Source: an uncultured Thiomicrospira sp. (GTDB lineage Bacteria > Pseudomonadota > Gammaproteobacteria > CAKMZV01). From it: 64,000 bases of DNA. The notes beneath the pieces are model-generated. The model ran no database searches. It was not told the origin of the DNA and saw only the letters and a program-made list of their open reading frames with translations. Each line of letters begins with the position of its first letter. Positions within the stretch are counted from its first letter, which is position 1. Position numbers and translations under genes: made by a program. The stretch covers positions 960,001-1,024,000 of the forward strand of contig OZ239628.1 of NCBI GenBank assembly GCA_965195345.1, written 5' to 3'. Shown piece by piece: positions 32,521 to 43,800 of the stretch.

Positions 32521-33141
32521 ATGAACGGTAAAGACGGTAAAGTAGATATAGAAAAATTAGAAATTGCTGATGAATTGATTGCTGAGGCAAAGTCAGTTTA
32601 TGTAATGCCGGATGATATGACTCCTTGGATGGCTAAGACGATTGTGGGGATAAATCGGTTTAGTTATGCAACTGGTAACGTCGTATGTTGGTTAACGCTT
32701 CCTATTTGCTTGGCAATGACTTACGAGATAATTGCTAGATATTTCTTCCTTGCACCGACTGTTTGGGCTTACGATATTAGTCGCATGTTCTATGGTGCTT
32801 TATTTATGCTCGGTGCTGGTTATGCGCTTATGCGAGGTGTGCACATTCGAGCGGACTTTATTTATCGAAATTGGAGACCAAGAGTACAAGCGACTGTTGA
32901 CGCCATTTTGTATATATTCTTTTATTTCCCTGGAATGATAGTGTTTTTCTTTACTGGCTTTGACTTTGCTTATGACTCATGGGATCGTGGTGAATTAGGC
33001 ATGGATACTGCATGGATGCCTCATATGGGACCTATTAAATCGGCCATTCCTATAGGAACGGCTTTCTTGATAATTCAAGGGGTCTCTGAACTATTACAAT
33101 GTTTTTATGCTATTAAGCATAATCGTTGGGCTGGATCTTAA
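32521..33141 (+). CDS. TRAP small permease (DctQ)
   Basis: 4 TM segments, ARYFF..PT.W, HIRAD. Confidence 0.88.
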   Translation: MNGKDGKVDIEKLEIADELIAEAKSVYVMPDDMTPWMAKTIVGINRFSYATGNVVCWLTLPICLAMTYEIIARYFFLAPTVWAYDISRMFYGALFMLGAGYALMRGVHIRADFIYRNWRPRVQATVDAILYIFFYFPGMIVFFFTGFDFAYDSWDRGELGMDTAWMPHMGPIKSAIPIGTAFLIIQGVSELLQCFYAIKHNRWAGS

Positions 33142-33160
33142 TCATATTAAAGGATAATTT

Positions 33161-34477
33161 ATGTCTCCTGAAATACTTGGGTTGATTTTAATTGGGGTGA
33201 TGCTTTTTGCTATTTTTGTAGGTTTTCCTATTTCGTTTACTCTTATTTTTCTTGGGTTAGTGTTTGGTTACCTGGGGTTTGGTGATTTGGTTTTCTACCT
33301 GATGACCTTCCAATTTTCAGGAGTTATGCTTGAACAGACACTCTCAGCCGTTCCCTTATTTATTTTTATGGGAATATTGATGGAAAAAGCAGATTTGATG
33401 GAACGATTATTTATATCCGTACAAAAACTGCTTTCGAGAGTGAACGGCGCATTATTTATAGCGGTACTATTTGTGTCGACTATATTTGCTGCAGCTACTG
33501 GAATAGTTGGAGCTTCTGTTACCATTTTGGGGATCATGTCTGCAAAAACGATGAATCGGTCAAAATATGACGTTAGACTTGCTGCTGGAACAATTACTGC
33601 TGGTGGTACATTGGGGATTCTTATTCCGCCAAGCATTATGTTGGTTGTTATGGGTCCAATCATTGAAGTTCCTGTAACCGACTTATTTGCAGCAGCGATC
33701 ATTCCTGGGATGATGCTCGCTTTTCTCTATACGGGTTATACTCTGATTCGTTGTTATATTAATCCTTCTTTAGGGCCTAAATTAGGAGATTCCTTAAAAG
33801 ACGAGTCTTCTCTCGAGGTCTTTAAGGATTTTTTAATTGGTTTGGTTCCTCCAACAGCACTTGTTGGTTTTGCTTTAGGAAGTATTTTATTTGGACTGGC
33901 AACACCAACTGAAGGCGCAGCGATGGGTGCTTTTGGGGCTATTTTGCTTACAATGGCTTATGGGAAGATGTCTTGGATCAATCTAAAAGATTCTTTAGTT
34001 AAAACATTAGAAATATCCGCTCTTATTCTTATTCTGGTTGCTGCTTCAAACTTTTTCGGTTCTGTGTTTTCGCGCCTCGGGACGCCTACGATGCTAACCG
34101 AATTATTACTTAATATCGATTTGCCACCAATGGTAGTTTTGTTACTTATCATGGCAGTGATATTTTTGTTGGGTTGGCCGCTTGAGTGGGTTCCTATTGT
34201 ATTGATTATTGTTCCAATACTGTTGCCTCTTGTGGAGCAGCTTGGGTTCAATTTGACTTGGTTTGGTATTCTTGTTGCAGTAAATCTGCAGACAGCATGG
34301 CTGTCACCACCTGTGGCCTTGTCGGCTTATTTCTTAAAGGGAGTAGTTCCCGAATGGGATTTGAAAGATATTTATGCGGGGATGATTCAGTTTATGGGTT
34401 TGCAGCTGATAGGGTTAACTTTATTAATATTGTTCCCACAAATCGTACTTTGGTTGCCAGAGTATCTTAATAAATAA
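33161..34477 (+). CDS. TRAP large permease (DctM)
   Basis: AVPLFIFMG, GTLGILIPPS, ATPTEGA, LSPP. Confidence 0.92.
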   Translation: MSPEILGLILIGVMLFAIFVGFPISFTLIFLGLVFGYLGFGDLVFYLMTFQFSGVMLEQTLSAVPLFIFMGILMEKADLMERLFISVQKLLSRVNGALFIAVLFVSTIFAAATGIVGASVTILGIMSAKTMNRSKYDVRLAAGTITAGGTLGILIPPSIMLVVMGPIIEVPVTDLFAAAIIPGMMLAFLYTGYTLIRCYINPSLGPKLGDSLKDESSLEVFKDFLIGLVPPTALVGFALGSILFGLATPTEGAAMGAFGAILLTMAYGKMSWINLKDSLVKTLEISALILILVAASNFFGSVFSRLGTPTMLTELLLNIDLPPMVVLLLIMAVIFLLGWPLEWVPIVLIIVPILLPLVEQLGFNLTWFGILVAVNLQTAWLSPPVALSAYFLKGVVPEWDLKDIYAGMIQFMGLQLIGLTLLILFPQIVLWLPEYLNK

Positions 34478-34489
34478 AATTTTAAAACA

Positions 34490-34789
34490 ATGGAGGGAAG
34501 AATGTCATTTCCACAACTTTTAGTTCATGATATTGAAGACAACGTTGGTGTTGTCGTGGTTGAAGAATTATCAGCAGGCACACATATGTTTTGCGTAATT
34601 ACTGCAGATAATTCTGATTTTCAACTTATGTTGAATCACGATGTGCCAATCGGACATAAAGTGGCTTTAGCTGACTTGAAAGAAGGAGATACCGTGATTA
34701 AATACGGTGAAGATATTGGTAAAGTTGTTCAAGCAATAAAAAAAGGTGATCATGTGCACACGCATAATCTAAAAACAAAACGCTGGTAG
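34490..34789 (+). CDS. suyA: SAF-domain subunit of (R)-sulfolactate sulfo-lyase
   Basis: [29 protein letters not shown]; standalone SAF gene directly before a UxaA C-domain gene. Confidence 0.8.
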   Translation: MEGRMSFPQLLVHDIEDNVGVVVVEELSAGTHMFCVITADNSDFQLMLNHDVPIGHKVALADLKEGDTVIKYGEDIGKVVQAIKKGDHVHTHNLKTKRW

Positions 34790-34800
34790 GAGAATATATT

Positions 34801-35967
34801 ATGAATCAAACATGTTGGGGATATCGTCGTGAAAATGGGCGAGTTGGAGTAAGAAATTACGTGGCAATTTTGCCAGTGGATGATATTTCTAATGCCGCTT
34901 GTGAGGCTGTTGCAAACAATATACAAGGCACCATTGCATTGCCTCATGCATATGGTCGATTACAATTTGGTGAAGATCTTGAATTGCATTTTCGGACAAT
35001 GATAGGAACAGGTTCTAACCCAAATTTGGCTGCCGTAGTTGTTATTGGCATTGAACCAGGTTGGACAAAAATCATTGTTGACGGAATTAAAAAAACAGGT
35101 AAACCAGTTGTTGGTTTTTCAATTGAACAAAATGGTGACATTGCAACTATTGCTTCAGCTTCACGTGTTGCAAAAGAATTTGTTCACATGACTTCAGGTC
35201 TTTTGAGAGAAAAGTGTGATTTAAGTGAGATCTGGGTTTCTACAAAATGTGGTGAGTCAGACACAACAACGGGTTTGACTTCTTGCCCTGCAGTAGGCAA
35301 TATGTACGATAAAATGGTCCCTAAAGGAATGTATGGTGTGTTTGGAGAAACATCTGAATTGACTGGTGCCGAGCACTTGTGCCGAGCACGTGCTGCAGAT
35401 GAAAAAGCTGCTCAAAAATTTATGAATACTTGGCAAGCGTATCAAGACGATGTAATTGAGCAATTCAAAACTTCTGATCTATCCGACTCACAGCCAACGA
35501 AAGGAAATATTGAAGGTGGCTTAACAACTATTGAAGAAAAAGCATTAGGGAATCTTGAGAAAATAGGTCGGAAAGTAAAATATATTGATGTATTGAAACC
35601 CGCTGAAGCACCTGAAAAAGGAGCCGGATTGTATTTTATGGATACTTCTTCTGCGGCTGCTGAATGTGTTACGTTGATGGCTGCTGCCGGTTATGTTATC
35701 CATACTTTCCCGACGGGGCAGGGCAATGTGATTGGTAACCCAATTGTTCCTGTTGTGAAAATTACTGGCAATCCACGCACAGTTCGCACTATGTCAGAGC
35801 ACGTTGATGTGGATGTTTCTGGGGTGTTACGTCGAGAAATGACGATAGAAGATGCTGGAGATTCATTGATTGATTGCTTGGTGCAGACAGCGAATGGTCG
35901 ATTCACCGCAGCCGAAGCATTAGGGCACAAAGAATTTGTAATGACTAAATTATATAGGAGTGCCTAA
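34801..35967 (+). CDS. suyB: (R)-sulfolactate sulfo-lyase large subunit (UxaA family)
   Basis: [45 protein letters not shown]. Confidence 0.85.
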   Translation: MNQTCWGYRRENGRVGVRNYVAILPVDDISNAACEAVANNIQGTIALPHAYGRLQFGEDLELHFRTMIGTGSNPNLAAVVVIGIEPGWTKIIVDGIKKTGKPVVGFSIEQNGDIATIASASRVAKEFVHMTSGLLREKCDLSEIWVSTKCGESDTTTGLTSCPAVGNMYDKMVPKGMYGVFGETSELTGAEHLCRARAADEKAAQKFMNTWQAYQDDVIEQFKTSDLSDSQPTKGNIEGGLTTIEEKALGNLEKIGRKVKYIDVLKPAEAPEKGAGLYFMDTSSAAAECVTLMAAAGYVIHTFPTGQGNVIGNPIVPVVKITGNPRTVRTMSEHVDVDVSGVLRREMTIEDAGDSLIDCLVQTANGRFTAAEALGHKEFVMTKLYRSA

Positions 35968-37269
35968 ATGGCTGTACATTTTATAAAAAAATCTTTGAAA
36001 GTGCCAACATCTACGGATGTCGAAACTGAAGAAATTGTTAAAGCTATGCTAAAAAAAATTGAGCAAGAAGGGGATTCTGCTGCTCTTGAGTATAGTAAAA
36101 AACTGGATAATTGGGACGGAAATGTTCTTGTTAGTGAAGAAGAAATTGAGAAAATAAGCGCAACAGTCCCACAAACTGTAAAAGACGATATAGCTTTTGC
36201 ACACGAAAATGTTACTCGCTTTGCTGAAAAACAGCTTGAGAGTATGTTGGACTTTGACGTGCAATTGCAGGACGGGTTATATACTGGACAAACCATTAGA
36301 CCAGTACAGTCGGCTGGCTGCTACGTGCCTGGTGGGCGTTATGCACATATTGCATCTGCTATTATGACTATTGCTACCGCTAAAGTTGCTGGTGTTAAAA
36401 ACATTACTGCCTGTTCACCACCTAAACCCGGCCAAGGAGTTAATCCACACATTCTTTATGCAATGAATTATTGTGGTGCTAACAATATTCTTGCCATGGG
36501 CGGTGTTCAAGCTATAGCTGCTATGACTTATGGTCTTTTCGGTTTGAAACCCGCTGATATATTAGCAGGACCTGGAAATAGATTTGTTGCAGAGGCAAAG
36601 CGATTGTTATTTGGTAAAGTTGGAATTGATGTTTTTGCAGGACCAACAGAAATAGCTATCATTGCCGACGATACAGCGGATTCAGATATTGTTGCGATAG
36701 ATTTAGTTGGACAAGCAGAGCATGGATTAGATTCACCTGCTTGGTTGATTACTGATAGTAAAAAATTAGCGGATGAAGTTGTGCAAAAAGTGCCAGAGTA
36801 CATTGCAAAATTACCCGAAGACGCACGCTTAGCAGCTAACCATTCTTGGGAAAATTATGGCGAAGTTCAGCTGTGCGAAACCCGCGATGAAATGGTTACA
36901 GTTAGTGATGATTATGCAGCAGAACATTTGCAGGTGCATGCTCGTGATTTAGATTGGTGGTTGAAAAATTTAAATAACTACGGTTCACTATTTTTAGGTG
37001 AAGAAACAACTGTTGCATTTGGAGACAAATGCTCGGGTACTAATCACGTTTTACCAACGAAGGAAGTTGCTCGTTATACAGGCGGATTATCGGTTGCAAA
37101 ATTTGTTAAAGTGCTTACATGGCAACGTATGGATAAAGAAGCTTTACCTTCAATTGCTGCTTGTTGTGCACGGATTTCACGTCTTGAAGGGATGGAGGCA
37201 CACGCTCGTACAGCCGATGCTCGACTATCTAAATACTTTCCTGACAGAGTTTTTCAGTTACAAGTCTAA
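35968..37269 (+). CDS. hpsN: Sulfopropanediol 3-dehydrogenase (HisD paralog)
   Basis: HisD fold (YVPGG, GPGN, AGPTE, QAEH) with YAHIASA, GDKCSGTNHVLPT and MEAHA; flanked by suyAB, SDR and Zn-ADH, not by his genes. Confidence 0.85.
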   Translation: MAVHFIKKSLKVPTSTDVETEEIVKAMLKKIEQEGDSAALEYSKKLDNWDGNVLVSEEEIEKISATVPQTVKDDIAFAHENVTRFAEKQLESMLDFDVQLQDGLYTGQTIRPVQSAGCYVPGGRYAHIASAIMTIATAKVAGVKNITACSPPKPGQGVNPHILYAMNYCGANNILAMGGVQAIAAMTYGLFGLKPADILAGPGNRFVAEAKRLLFGKVGIDVFAGPTEIAIIADDTADSDIVAIDLVGQAEHGLDSPAWLITDSKKLADEVVQKVPEYIAKLPEDARLAANHSWENYGEVQLCETRDEMVTVSDDYAAEHLQVHARDLDWWLKNLNNYGSLFLGEETTVAFGDKCSGTNHVLPTKEVARYTGGLSVAKFVKVLTWQRMDKEALPSIAACCARISRLEGMEAHARTADARLSKYFPDRVFQLQV

Positions 37270-38012
37270 TGAATTTATTTTCATTAGAGGGCAAAACAGC
37301 GTTAGTTACAGGAGCAGGTTCGGGTATTGGTCAACAGTTGAGCATTGCTTTAGCTGAAGCGGGCGCAAAACTGATTTTACAAGGACGTCAGGGAAATACT
37401 TTAAAAGACACTGAGAAAAAAATAAAAAAAAAGGTCAGACTGGTTTGTAACGACCTCTTGTTAATCGAAAAATGGGAAGAATTTGCTCAAGATAATGATT
37501 TGCATGAAGTCGATATCTTAATCAACGCAGCAGGTATAAATCTACGTCAACCATGGGATGAAGTTGACAATGCCAGCTGGAATGAGACACTTGATATTAA
37601 TCTAAAAGTTCCGTTTTTTCTAAGCAGAACATTATTTCCAACTATGAAAAAACGCAATTGGGGTAGAGTGATAAATATTGCATCACTCCAATCGCAACGT
37701 GCTTTTTCTAACAGTATGCCTTACGGGGCCTCAAAAGGCGGCATAGCTCAATTAACTCGTGCTATGGCTGAGGGTTGGTCCGAGAGTGGTGTTAATTGCA
37801 ATGCCATTGCTCCTGGTTTTTTTCCAACGAAAATGACTGCACCTGTATTGGGAGACATGAAAAAATCTTCTTCTTTAGCCGAACAAACTGCCATTAAACG
37901 CAACGGGGAACTTAGCGATTTAAATGGAACGTGTATATTTCTTGCATCACATGCTAGCGATTACGTCACAGGACAAGTCATATTTGTTGATGGAGGGTTT
38001 ACTGCTAAATGA
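37269..38012 (+). CDS. hpsO: Short-chain dehydrogenase (probable HpsO)
   Basis: TGAGSGIG, NAAG, YGASK; located directly after hpsN. Confidence 0.72.
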   Translation: MNLFSLEGKTALVTGAGSGIGQQLSIALAEAGAKLILQGRQGNTLKDTEKKIKKKVRLVCNDLLLIEKWEEFAQDNDLHEVDILINAAGINLRQPWDEVDNASWNETLDINLKVPFFLSRTLFPTMKKRNWGRVINIASLQSQRAFSNSMPYGASKGGIAQLTRAMAEGWSESGVNCNAIAPGFFPTKMTAPVLGDMKKSSSLAEQTAIKRNGELSDLNGTCIFLASHASDYVTGQVIFVDGGFTAK

Positions 38013-38998
38013 AAGCTTTGGTTTTTGTAGATGATATGTTCTTTGAATTGCGGGAAGTGGAAAGGCCACAGTGTCAAACAAAAGAGGCACTCATTAAAGT
38101 TGAATATTCTGGTATCTGCGGTTCTGACATGCATGCGTGGCATGGACATGATGAGCGTCGACGCCCTCCATTAATACTTGGTCACGAAGTATCAGGAGTA
38201 GTCGTTGAAGGTGCTTTGGAAGGAAGGCGTGTTGCTTTAAACCCTATGATTACTTGTGGAGTTTGTCGCTATTGCAGGGAAAGTAGAGAGAATTTATGTG
38301 CTGATAGGAGTATGATAGGCATGTATAGACCAGGTGGTTTTTCTGAGTACTTAACCATCCCTGAGCAGTGCGTTTTACCTTTTCACGATAGTCTTAAAAC
38401 AGAAAATGCAGCATTAGCAGAGCCTACCGCTGTTTGTTTGCATGCGGTAAAAATGATCGAGCAGCTCAGTTATAGAAAGTTAGAAGAGCAGAATGTGTTA
38501 ATAATCGGAGGAGGGGCTATAGGTATTCTTTGCGCCCTAATACTTAAACATTTCAGTGCTAGTTCTGTGACTATTAGTGAAATCAATCCAGAACGCCTAA
38601 AAAATTGCATCAATATTGGTGGTGTAATGATTAATAATCCATTAGAAGAAGAAATAAACTCAACGAGTTATGATTGTGTTATTGATGCGGTTGGAACGCA
38701 AAAAACGCGTACAGTTGCTATTAATTCAGTTGTGAATGGAGGATGTATAATTCATTTGGGACTGCAGGAGGCTGGTGGAGAAATGGACGCACGCAGTATG
38801 ACACTTAGAGAAATTGCATTTGCTGGAGCATTTACATATACAAAGCAAGAAGTAAAAGATGCATTAGAGTTGCTTGCTTTTGCAGATCTTGGTGATTTTA
38901 ACTGGGTCGAAAAAGCGCCGCTTGCTCAAGGACAGGAAGCTTTTGAAAGCATTCACAGAGCAGAAACACCCTCAGCAAAAATATTGCTTACTCCTTAA
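38009..38998 (+). CDS. hpsP: Zn-dependent alcohol dehydrogenase (probable HpsP)
   Basis: GICGSD, GHE, CGVCRYC..C, GGGAIG; located after hpsO. Confidence 0.72.
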   Translation: MKALVFVDDMFFELREVERPQCQTKEALIKVEYSGICGSDMHAWHGHDERRRPPLILGHEVSGVVVEGALEGRRVALNPMITCGVCRYCRESRENLCADRSMIGMYRPGGFSEYLTIPEQCVLPFHDSLKTENAALAEPTAVCLHAVKMIEQLSYRKLEEQNVLIIGGGAIGILCALILKHFSASSVTISEINPERLKNCINIGGVMINNPLEEEINSTSYDCVIDAVGTQKTRTVAINSVVNGGCIIHLGLQEAGGEMDARSMTLREIAFAGAFTYTKQEVKDALELLAFADLGDFNWVEKAPLAQGQEAFESIHRAETPSAKILLTP

Positions 38999-39028
38999 AT
39001 ATAAACAATAAAACCTTTTAGAATAAAC

Positions 39029-40621
39029 ATGCTTGATACCTATGACTATATTATTGTTGGGGCTGGATCGGCAGGTTGCGTTTTAGCCAATCGATTGTCT
39101 GCTGATGGATCGCATGTTTTACTTTTAGAAGCGGGCAGCAGTGACAAACATTTCTGGGTGCATGTTCCCATTGGTTATTTCAAAACAATGCACAATCCAA
39201 AATTTGATTGGTGTTATAAAACCAATCCAGATGATGGTATTGCCGGTCGAAGTTTGCAATGGCCACGTGGAAAGCTGCTTGGAGGATCAAGCTCGATAAA
39301 TGGGCTTCTTTATGTTCGAGGGCAAGCTGAAGACTACGATTATTGGTCTGAATTGGGAAATGAAGGATGGTCTTTTGATGAAGTTTTGCCTTACTTTATA
39401 AAATCAGAAAGTCAACAAAGAGGCGGAGATAAGTTCCATGGGAAAAATGGTCTGCTAAAAGTTTCTGATTTGCGTTTACGTCGTCCAATTGCCGATCGAT
39501 TTATTCAAGCATGCAATCAAGTAGGAATACCCTCTAACCCTGACTATAATGGGGAGTGTCAAGAGGGTGTTGGTTATTTTCAACAAACATCGCATAATGG
39601 GTTACGCTGGAGTACTGCGAAAGCTTTTTTAAAACCTGCTCTTGGAAGAAAAAATCTAACAGTTTTAACACACGCTCACTGCACCAAAATTATTTTTGAT
39701 AATAATAAAGCCGTTGCAGTTGAATTTAAAAAAGACGGTAAAGTGCAAGTAGTTTCCGCTTCAAAAGAGATTATTCTTAGTGCAGGTGCTATAAACTCTC
39801 CAACTTTATTACAATTATCAGGTATTGGCGATAAACAATTACTAGACAAGCATACTATCCCAATCATTTATCATTTGCCTGGAGTAGGGAAGAATTTGCA
39901 AGATCATTTACAAATTCGATTAGTTTTCAAAACAAAGCTAAATACACTAAATGATGAAGTAAACAATGCCTTTAAGCAATTTATGGTTGGAATGCAATAC
40001 TTTATGACCCGTACAGGGCCATTAACACTTGCAGCGAGTCAGGTTACTGTATTTACAAAGTCATCCAAAGAAGTTGATCGTCCAGATATACAATTTCATA
40101 TGCAACCTCTAAGCGCTGATAAACCGGGAGAAGGGGTGCATCCTTTTTCAGCATTTACTTCCTCAGTTTGTCAATTACGCCCTTGGAGTCGTGGAGATAT
40201 TGCCATAAAGTCAAAAGATCCATTCGTATATCCTGATATTAATCCTAATTACTTGAGTGATGAGCGTGATCAAAAAGTTAGTGTAAATGCAATTAAAGTA
40301 GCGAGGAAGATAGCGCAGGCGCCTGCATTAAAGGATGTGATCGTTGATGAATATGTTCCAGGGGCACATTATCAAAGCGATGTTGAGTTATTACAGGCGT
40401 CGAGAGAGCACAGTCAAACCATTTATCATCCAGTAGGTACTTGTAAAATGGGTCATGATAGTATGGCAGTGGTGGATGAAAATCTTTGTGTATATGGAGT
40501 AAAAGGGCTAAGAGTAGTAGACGCTTCCATTATGCCGAATATTGTTTCAGGAAACACGAATGCTCCAACAATTATGATAGCCGAGAAAGCAAGCGATCTT
40601 ATCATTTCTCATAACAAATAA
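39029..40621 (+). CDS. GMC-family FAD oxidoreductase (choline dehydrogenase-like)
   Basis: GAGSAG, GGSSSING, NLQDH, YHPVGTC, GNTNAP. Confidence 0.9.
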   Translation: MLDTYDYIIVGAGSAGCVLANRLSADGSHVLLLEAGSSDKHFWVHVPIGYFKTMHNPKFDWCYKTNPDDGIAGRSLQWPRGKLLGGSSSINGLLYVRGQAEDYDYWSELGNEGWSFDEVLPYFIKSESQQRGGDKFHGKNGLLKVSDLRLRRPIADRFIQACNQVGIPSNPDYNGECQEGVGYFQQTSHNGLRWSTAKAFLKPALGRKNLTVLTHAHCTKIIFDNNKAVAVEFKKDGKVQVVSASKEIILSAGAINSPTLLQLSGIGDKQLLDKHTIPIIYHLPGVGKNLQDHLQIRLVFKTKLNTLNDEVNNAFKQFMVGMQYFMTRTGPLTLAASQVTVFTKSSKEVDRPDIQFHMQPLSADKPGEGVHPFSAFTSSVCQLRPWSRGDIAIKSKDPFVYPDINPNYLSDERDQKVSVNAIKVARKIAQAPALKDVIVDEYVPGAHYQSDVELLQASREHSQTIYHPVGTCKMGHDSMAVVDENLCVYGVKGLRVVDASIMPNIVSGNTNAPTIMIAEKASDLIISHNK

Positions 40622-40752
40622 AAAATCAGAAAAACGTTTTTCTTCATGATTTATTTTCCTTGCATGACTTAGGGAAGATTTTATTTGACGAAAATGATTA
40701 AAAAATCAAGAAGTCACAGTTTATAGACGTCTTATGTCAAATATCTTAATAT

Positions 40753-40782
40753 AAAAAAAGGGGCTTTATCAGCCCCTTTTTT
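40753..40782. terminator. Bidirectional intrinsic terminator
   Basis: aaaaaaaggggct-ttatc-agcccctttttt between convergent genes. Confidence 0.85.
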
Positions 40783-40804
40783 GTTATAGGAATATTTGTA
40801 TACG

Positions 40805-43800
40805 TTATGCCCTTCTTCTGGAACGTAGAATCATAAACAATGCAAACAATGACAGTAACCATAATATTCCGTCTGTATTAGCATTAGTATTTAAGCTACA
40901 ACCGCCACTGCCACCATCGCTACTAGCAGGAGGAGGTGCTATAGCTGCAACAACCGTTCCTGTACTTACATGCAATAAAGGTATTCTAAGGTTGTTGCGC
41001 GTTATTGGCTCATCAATCGTTAGTGTAACCATTAGCGCTGCATCTGATAGTGGTGTCACTACAAGTATTGTGCCAGTCGTTTGAACAGATGTGCTAGCAA
41101 TTCCAGCTCCACTGATATCCCAAATGAACGTTGAAGAAGTCAATATCACACGTGATAATGTTGAAGCATTAATTGTAATCGCAACATTAGTGTTAACAGA
41201 CTGAGCCGTTCCATTTACATCACTAAACGCTAACGTATTCGTTACAGCTAATGCAGTTTGGGTTGTATAGGTACCCGAGCTCAGTCCTATGAATACTTCC
41301 TCTGTATCCAATATCCCGTCCCTATCCGTGTCCGCAGTTGTTGTACTGTGCACAGGTATGCTTGCTGCACTAAATGGATTCGTTGCCAAGCGAAGTTCTT
41401 GTATATCGTAAAATCCATCATTATCGCGGTCACTTACAGCAGTAATGGTTACGCTACTCGTCTGACTACTTAAATACATTTCAACTTCGTCAGGAATACC
41501 ATCAGCATCAGCATCTGATGAGATAACAGAAGTTATAGAAGTATTCAATAACAATTCAACAACATCGGGCCATGTATCACCATCACTATCCGATACTAAA
41601 CTCGCTGTTGTTAAACCAATCGTTTGCAATGCGAGGAATTGATGAGATGAAATAGTTGCAGTTCCTATTAATGTAATAGAACCCGATGATGTGGTTGGGT
41701 TTAAGTCTAAAACATTACCGATACCGTCTCCATCTAAATCATTAGGGATAGAGAAGCGAATGGTAACTAGTGCAGTAGATGTCAATTGGCTATCAGTAAC
41801 CGTATAAACAGCAGTACTATAAACGGCTCCGCTTCTTCTGAATAACGCATCACTCGCAGTAAATAAAACCATACTACTGCTGTTTGTGTAGATTCCTAAA
41901 TTGCTTGCACTTACTACTGATGCTACACTTAATGTATCACCATCAACATCCGTATCATTTGCTAGTACATCAATATTAAGAGTAGAGAATGCTACAGAAA
42001 CACTTTGATCAATGACATCATCATTAGCAACTGGCGCATCATTCACATTAAGTACTGGTACTGTTAATGTTGTCGTTGCTGTTAGGCTACCATCCGATGC
42101 TACGACATCAACCGTTAAAGGACTATTATTCACATCCGCTTGTACTAAAGTACGCGCAAGCGTTACTTGTCCATTCGTGCTGCTGATTGTGAAATCATTT
42201 GTTGTAGCAAGTGAATACGTTAATGTATCGCCATCAACATCAGTGAAGTAGCTCTGTACTCGTGCTGAACTACGCACTTCAGTACCCGCCATTTCATTTT
42301 GTGTACGACTTGAAGCAGTTACTGCTAATGGATTTGCAATTGGTGCATCATTCACATTAAGCACTGGTACTGTTAATGTTGTCGTTGCTGTTAGTCTACC
42401 ATCCGATGCTACGACATCAACCGTCAAGGGACTATTATTCACGTCTGCTTGTACTAAAGTACGCATAAGCGTTACTTGTCCATTTGTGCTATTGATTGTG
42501 AAAGCATTTGTGCTTGTATTGTCAAGTGAATACGTCAATGTATCGCCATCGGCATCTGTGAAATAGCTTGTTACTTGCGCTGAACCACGCACTTCCGTAC
42601 CCGCCACTTCATTTTGTGTGCGACTTGAGGCGGTTACTGCTATTGGATTTGCAACTGGTGCTATATCCACATCAAGCACTGGTACTGTTAATGTTGTCGT
42701 TGCTGTTAGGCTACCATCCGATGCTACTACATCAACCGTCAAAGGACTATTGCTCACATCCATTTGTACTAAAGTACGCATAAGTGTTACTTGTCCATTT
42801 GTGCTACTGATTGTGAAAGCATCTGTGCTTGCATTAGCAAGTGAATACGTCAATGTATCGCCATCGGCATCTGTGAAATAGCTTGTTACTTGCGCTGAAC
42901 CACGCACTTCCGTACCCGCAACTTCATTCTGTGTACGGCTTGAGGCGGTTACTGCTATTGGATTTGCAACTGGTGCATCATTCACATTAAGCACTGGTAC
43001 TGTTAATGTTGTCGTTGCTGTTAGGCTACCATCCGATGCTACGACATCAACCGTTAAAGGACTACTATTCACGTCTGCTTGTACTAAAGTACGCATAAGC
43101 GTTACTTGTCCATTTGTGCTACTGATTGTGAAAGCATTTGTGCTTGGATTAGCAAGTGAATACGTCAATGTATCGCCATCAACATCTGTGAAAAATCTTC
43201 TTGTTTGTGATGAAAAATGCACTAGAGTACCCGCCACTTCATTTTGTGTACGACTTGAAGCAGTTACTGCCGTTTGGCTCGCAACTGGTGCTTCATTCAC
43301 ATTAAGTACTGGTACTGTTAATGTTGTCGTTGCTGTGAGGCTACCATCCGATGCTACGACATCAACTGTTAAAGGACTAAAATTCACATCTGTTTGTTCT
43401 AAAGTACGCATAAGCGTTACTTGTCCATTCGTGCTGCTGATTGTGAAAGCATTTGCATTAGCAAGTGAATACGTTAATGTATCGCCATCAACATCAGTGA
43501 AGTAACTCTGCACTTGTGTTGAACTACGCACTAGAGTACCTGCTGAATCATTTTGTGTACGACTTGAAGCAGTTACTGCTACTGGATTTGCAATTGGTGC
43601 ATCATTCACATTAAGTACTGGTACTGTTAACGTTGTCGTTGCTGTTAGTCTGCCATCCGATGCTACGACATCAACCGTCAAAGGACTATTATTCACATCC
43701 GCTTGTACTAAAGTACGCATAAGCGTTACTTGTCCATTTGTGCTACTGATTGTGAAAGCATTTGTGCTTTCATTAGCAAGAGAGTACGTCAATGTATCGC

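Noticed and set aside
34490-37269. Altronate dehydratase (uxaA) and histidinol dehydrogenase (hisD) calls
   Set aside because: Split SAF/large-subunit layout and hps-type context favour SuyAB and HpsN
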